This document shows, one piece after another, positions 60,165-64,000 of a stretch of 64,000 bases of DNA. Origin of the DNA: the human T2T-CHM13v2.0 reference genome, Homo sapiens; NCBI RefSeq assembly GCF_009914755.1, contig NC_060934.1; one strand, written 5' to 3'. A program made the translations under genes and the position numbers. Positions within the stretch are counted from its first letter, which is position 1, and each line of letters starts with the position of its first letter. Under the pieces are notes generated by a model that saw only the letters and a program-made list of their open reading frames with translations, was not told the DNA's origin and ran no database searches.

Positions 60165-61705
60165 CGTGGCATCCCTTACTCAACATCACATACAAATACT
60201 AACTCAAATATCTAAATGACAGAGCTAACTGTATTAGTCCATTTTCATACTGCTGATAAAGACATAACCAAGACTGGGTAATTTATAAAGAAAAAGAGGT
60301 TTAATGGACTCACAGTTCCACATGGCTAGGGAAGCCTCATAATCATAGCAGAAGGCAAAAGGCATGTCTTACATGGCAGCAGGCAAGAGAGAAAATGAGA
60401 GCCAAGTGAAAGGGGTTTACCCTTATATAATCGTCAGCTCTCATGAGACTTACTCACTACCAAGAGAACAGTATGGGGGAATCCACCCCCATAATTCAGT
60501 TATCTCCCACCAGGTCCCTCCCACAACACATGGGAATTATGGGAGCTACAATTCAAGATGAGATTTGGGTGGGGACACAGCCAAACCTTATCACTAACAC
60601 TATAAATCTCCTATAAGAAAATATAAGAGTAAATCTTTATGAGATTGAGCAATGGTTTCTAGATATGGCACCAAAAGCACATGCAATGAAAGAAAGACAG
60701 ATAAGTTGGACATCATCAGAATTAACACTTTTGTAGTTCAAAAGATACCACCAAGAATGTGAAAGGCAACCCAGAGGATGGGAAAAATCTCTTGGACATC
60801 TTATTTTTGATAAGGGACAGGTATATGGATTATACAAAGAATTCCTGCAACAATAAAAACACAACCCAATTTAAGAATGAATAAACAATCTGAATAGACA
60901 TTTCTTCAAAGAGGTTTTACAAATGGCCAATAAACACATAAAAGATTCCCAACATCATTAGTTGTTAGGGAAATGCAAATCAAAACCTAAATGAGATATG
61001 ACTCCACATCTACTAAGATGGCTCAAATCAAAAAGCCAGATAATAATGAGTGTAGGCAAGGCTGTGGAGAAATCGGAACCCACAAACATTGCTCGTGAAA
61101 GTGTAAAATAGTGCAGCCACTTTGGAAAACATTGTATAGTTCTTCAAATGGTTAAACAGAGTTACCATATGAACTAAATTTCACTCCTAGGTACGTACCC
61201 AAGAAAAATAAAAACACATGTGCATACAAAAACTTGTGAACAAATATTCATGGCAGAACTATTCATACTAGCAAATAAGTAGAAACAACACAAATATTCA
61301 CCAATGAATTAATGGACAAATAAAATGTGGTATAACAATACAATGGAATACTGTTTGACAATAAGAAGGAATTAAGTACTAACACATGCAACACCATGGA
61401 TAAACCTTGAAAACATTATGCTAAGTGAAAGAAGCCAGTCACAAGGATCACATATTAGCTCATTTGTGTGAAATATTCACAATAGGTAAATCCATAGAGA
61501 CAGAGAGTAGGCTGATGGCCTCTTGGGGCTGACAGTCTCAACAGTGATGAGGAGAGACTGCTAATGGGTATGGATGGTGAAAAATGTACTAAAATTGATT
61601 GCAGTCATATTTGCAAAATTCTGGATAGGCTAAAGACCATTGTATTTTATACTTTAAATGGGTCGATTTTATGATAGGTAAATTATATTTTAATAAAACT
61701 GTTAT
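60165..61705 (+). mobile_element. L1MB-type (L1MB7/8-like) ORF2 end plus 3' UTR, split by THE1B
   Basis: GGGAAATGCAAATCAAAACC, GCAGCCACTTTGGAAAAC, ATGCTAAGTGAAAGAAGCCAGTCACAA, ATCCATAGAGACAGA, TAATAAAACTGTTA terminus. Confidence 0.9.
60230..60593 (-). mobile_element. THE1B solo LTR
   Basis: TGTATTAGTCCATTTTCATACTGCTGATAAAGAC...GGGGACACAGCCAAACCTTATCA; 5-bp TSD CTAAC at 60225-60229 and 60594-60598. Confidence 0.95.
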
Positions 61706-62047
61706 AGAAGAAAGAATGGTGGAATCGTCAAGTAAGTTAAAGTTGGCTTCAAATACTAGGAAGTTAAACATTAAAAACTGCCCAATGAATTTCATGCACA
61801 GATCTCAGTGATGACCTCACTGAGAGCTATTTTGATTGATAAACTGGCGAGGATGTAGAAGCCAGTTTGGAGTAGAATAAGTAGTTAGTGGGAGGTTTCA
61901 AAAAAAAAAAAGGGTGGAGAAAGCAACAAATCAGGAAACGTTTTCATTCAAGAAATTTGGCTGTGAAAAAGAAAAAGAATATTAGCTGGATGAGATAAGA
62001 GGTCAATGAGAACAAAAGAAGAGGCCTAGAGCACGTTTAATAAATGC

Positions 62048-62165
62048 GGCTGGGCATGGTGGCTCACACCTGGAATTCCAGCACCTGGGGAGGCCAAGAC
62101 AAGTAGACTGCTTGAGCCCAGGAGTTCAAGACCAACCTAAGCAACATGGCGAGTAAAACAACAAA
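62048..62165 (+). mobile_element. FLAM_C / Alu left monomer
   Basis: GGCTGGGCATGGTGGCTCACACC...GGAGTTCAAGACCAACCTAAGCAACATGGCGAG then A-rich tail. Confidence 0.85.
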
Positions 62166-62531
62166 ATATATATATAAATAATGAATGCTGCAGACTGAGG
62201 GACCAAGTTGATCAGAGAAACGTAACAGAATTATTAAGCAATGTCAGAGACATGTTTTAAGAAGGATGAATTTTAATGATATTTAATTTGCCATTTGTTG
62301 CAACCTTCTCCAGCATGGCTCAGCTGCCCATATACAGGTGACAGTACAGAGGGCGTAAGAGTCTTACAAGATAAATGGCATAAGTCAGTCATGGAATTTA
62401 TTTACAAGATTGTTATGAGAAGAGGTGAAGTAAGAAAAACCGCTCGACTGTGAGAGAATAAAGTTCTCAGTGGATTCTGAGATAAATGTTCTCTCACTCC
62501 ATAGCATTTATCATTTATTTACTTTTAATTC

Positions 62532-62653
62532 TTTTTTTTTTTTTTTAAAGAAGATGTGGTCTCGCCATTTTGCCCAGGCTGGTCTCAAACTCTTGAGCTC
62601 AGGCAATCTGCTTGCCTTAGCTTCCCAAAGTGCTGGGATTCCAGGTGCGAGCC
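62532..62653 (-). mobile_element. FLAM_C / Alu left monomer
   Basis: Poly-T then GGTCTCGCCATTTTGCCCAGGCTGGTCTCAAACTC...CCCAAAGTGCTGGGATT. Confidence 0.87.
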
Positions 62654-63614
62654 TGACTGGGAGACAATGAAGTTCTCAGTGGATTCATGTGGATGAGATT
62701 AAAGAACAGTCATTGCAGGAGTAGTTGAACAAGTAGGCTGGAAGACAAGGAGCCTGAGATGCGAAGTAGAATGCTTGAAATTAATGACTGTAGAGGTGGA
62801 GCAGTTTCAGATGATAGAGAGCACATATCACTGAGTTGGGGTGGGTGCACAGAAGAGGAATCCATTGGAAATTTAAATTATTAGCAGTAAGAAGTTGGAA
62901 TGTTGGAAGGGCCATTCACACGTTGGATTCACTCAGGATAGCTATGGTGTTTGGATGGAAAAGAATGACTGCAAATCAATGGGCAGAGTCTCAGATGACT
63001 GAGTGAGAGTAGGGGTTGGTGCATGACAGTGACCGAGGAAGAGAGGGTGGTGGGGTAAACCATCAGGAGTTCCAAAGTGGCAGGACTTTTTTTTTGTTTC
63101 CTTTCTTACTAAACAGAGTGGTCAGGAGAAGAAACCAACAAGAAATGTAACCTACCTCCAGAACTCAGGAACTCAGGTACCCTTAAGGATATCAGAAACA
63201 ATGAAATATGGATTGGCAGAAGCATCTTCACCACCATCTTCAGATGTAATTAATGCAGCTGTTGAATTTGGTTGACTATCCACCTATAATTACCACATTG
63301 CCCATTACAGATTTTTGCTGCCTTTTCTTGCCTCCTTTTCATTTTTACATCCACTTATTCCCTACAGAAATGACAGATAATCAGCATTTTTGTTTTCTTG
63401 TTATGTTGTCCTGATAGTACAGCTACAAATGGATTTGATGTGCTGAATAATGGTCTACTAGGCCTAAAAATGAAAGTCTAGACCCTTAGTCAAAAATAAC
63501 TTGGATCTATGTGGTACCAAGAAAAGAGGAATTATAAGAAAAAGAATATTAGTTTAATGTTCTGTAAATTTTTTTCTTAACCTATTCTGTCCAGTATTTA
63601 CTACTTGGCTGCAT

Positions 63615-63850
63615 TCCTAAAACATAAATTTCACAGGGGCAGGAGTCTTTGTCCATTTTGCTCATTAATGTGTTAGGAATACTAAAAAGAGTGTCTAGCG
63701 GGGTAGTCACATAATAAATACCTGTTGCATGAACAAATGGGCTCTTATCGGCAGCATTTTGTTGAGTTCCTAACATTAGCGGTACACTGGCACTGTCCTG
63801 AGTGAAATTAAAGACAGAATTTTCACAAATAGAAGCATGTTAGAAGAATC
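63615..63850. mobile_element. Two L2 3' ends in opposite orientation (tail to tail)
   Basis: Sense GGGGCAGGAGTCTTTGTCCATTTTGCTCATT...AATAAATACCTGTTGCATGAA then antisense CATTTTGTTGAGTTCCTA...TGGCACTGTCCT. Confidence 0.55.
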
Positions 63851-64000
63851 ACCTAACAATAAGACAATCTACACTCTATGAAAGCAGAACACAACCCACC
63901 AGAGGGAATGAGAAAAAGGAAGGGGTGGAACCCAGCCAAGGAATCTTTTGCCAAGGGGAGAAAAAAAAAAAAAAATAAAGGCCAGAGAAGAAAATGCAGC

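Overview
Primate genomic DNA, most likely catarrhine (AluY, THE1 and a HERV-K HML-2 LTR5 are present). I cannot name the locus from sequence alone. I found no protein-coding gene, RNA gene or CpG island; the ORFs in the track are Alu-, L1-, LTR- or low-complexity-derived, or short chance ORFs. By eye, well over half of the window is interspersed repeat: about 25 Alu/FLAM copies, several L1 layers, about 11 solo LTRs (THE1A/B/C/D, MST, MLT1, MLT2, LTR5), an ERVL pol remnant, and L2, MIR and MER DNA transposons. The densest part (about 8.4-29.5 kb) is a deeply nested retroelement pile-up whose insertion order can be read from target-site duplications (TSDs). The most unusual structures are: (i) an 81-bp inverted copy of an L1/L1 insertion junction placed about 0.8 kb upstream between 31-bp direct repeats; (ii) a piece of L1 3' UTR embedded in ORF2 of the same L1; (iii) a left-arm/left-arm Alu dimer inside a single TSD; (iv) a candidate THE1-LTR-initiated minus-strand spliced non-coding transcript; (v) four DUX4-type motifs within 12.5 kb. 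I do not see evidence for a new biological system. Subfamily calls are from recalled diagnostic motifs and should be confirmed with RepeatMasker/Dfam.
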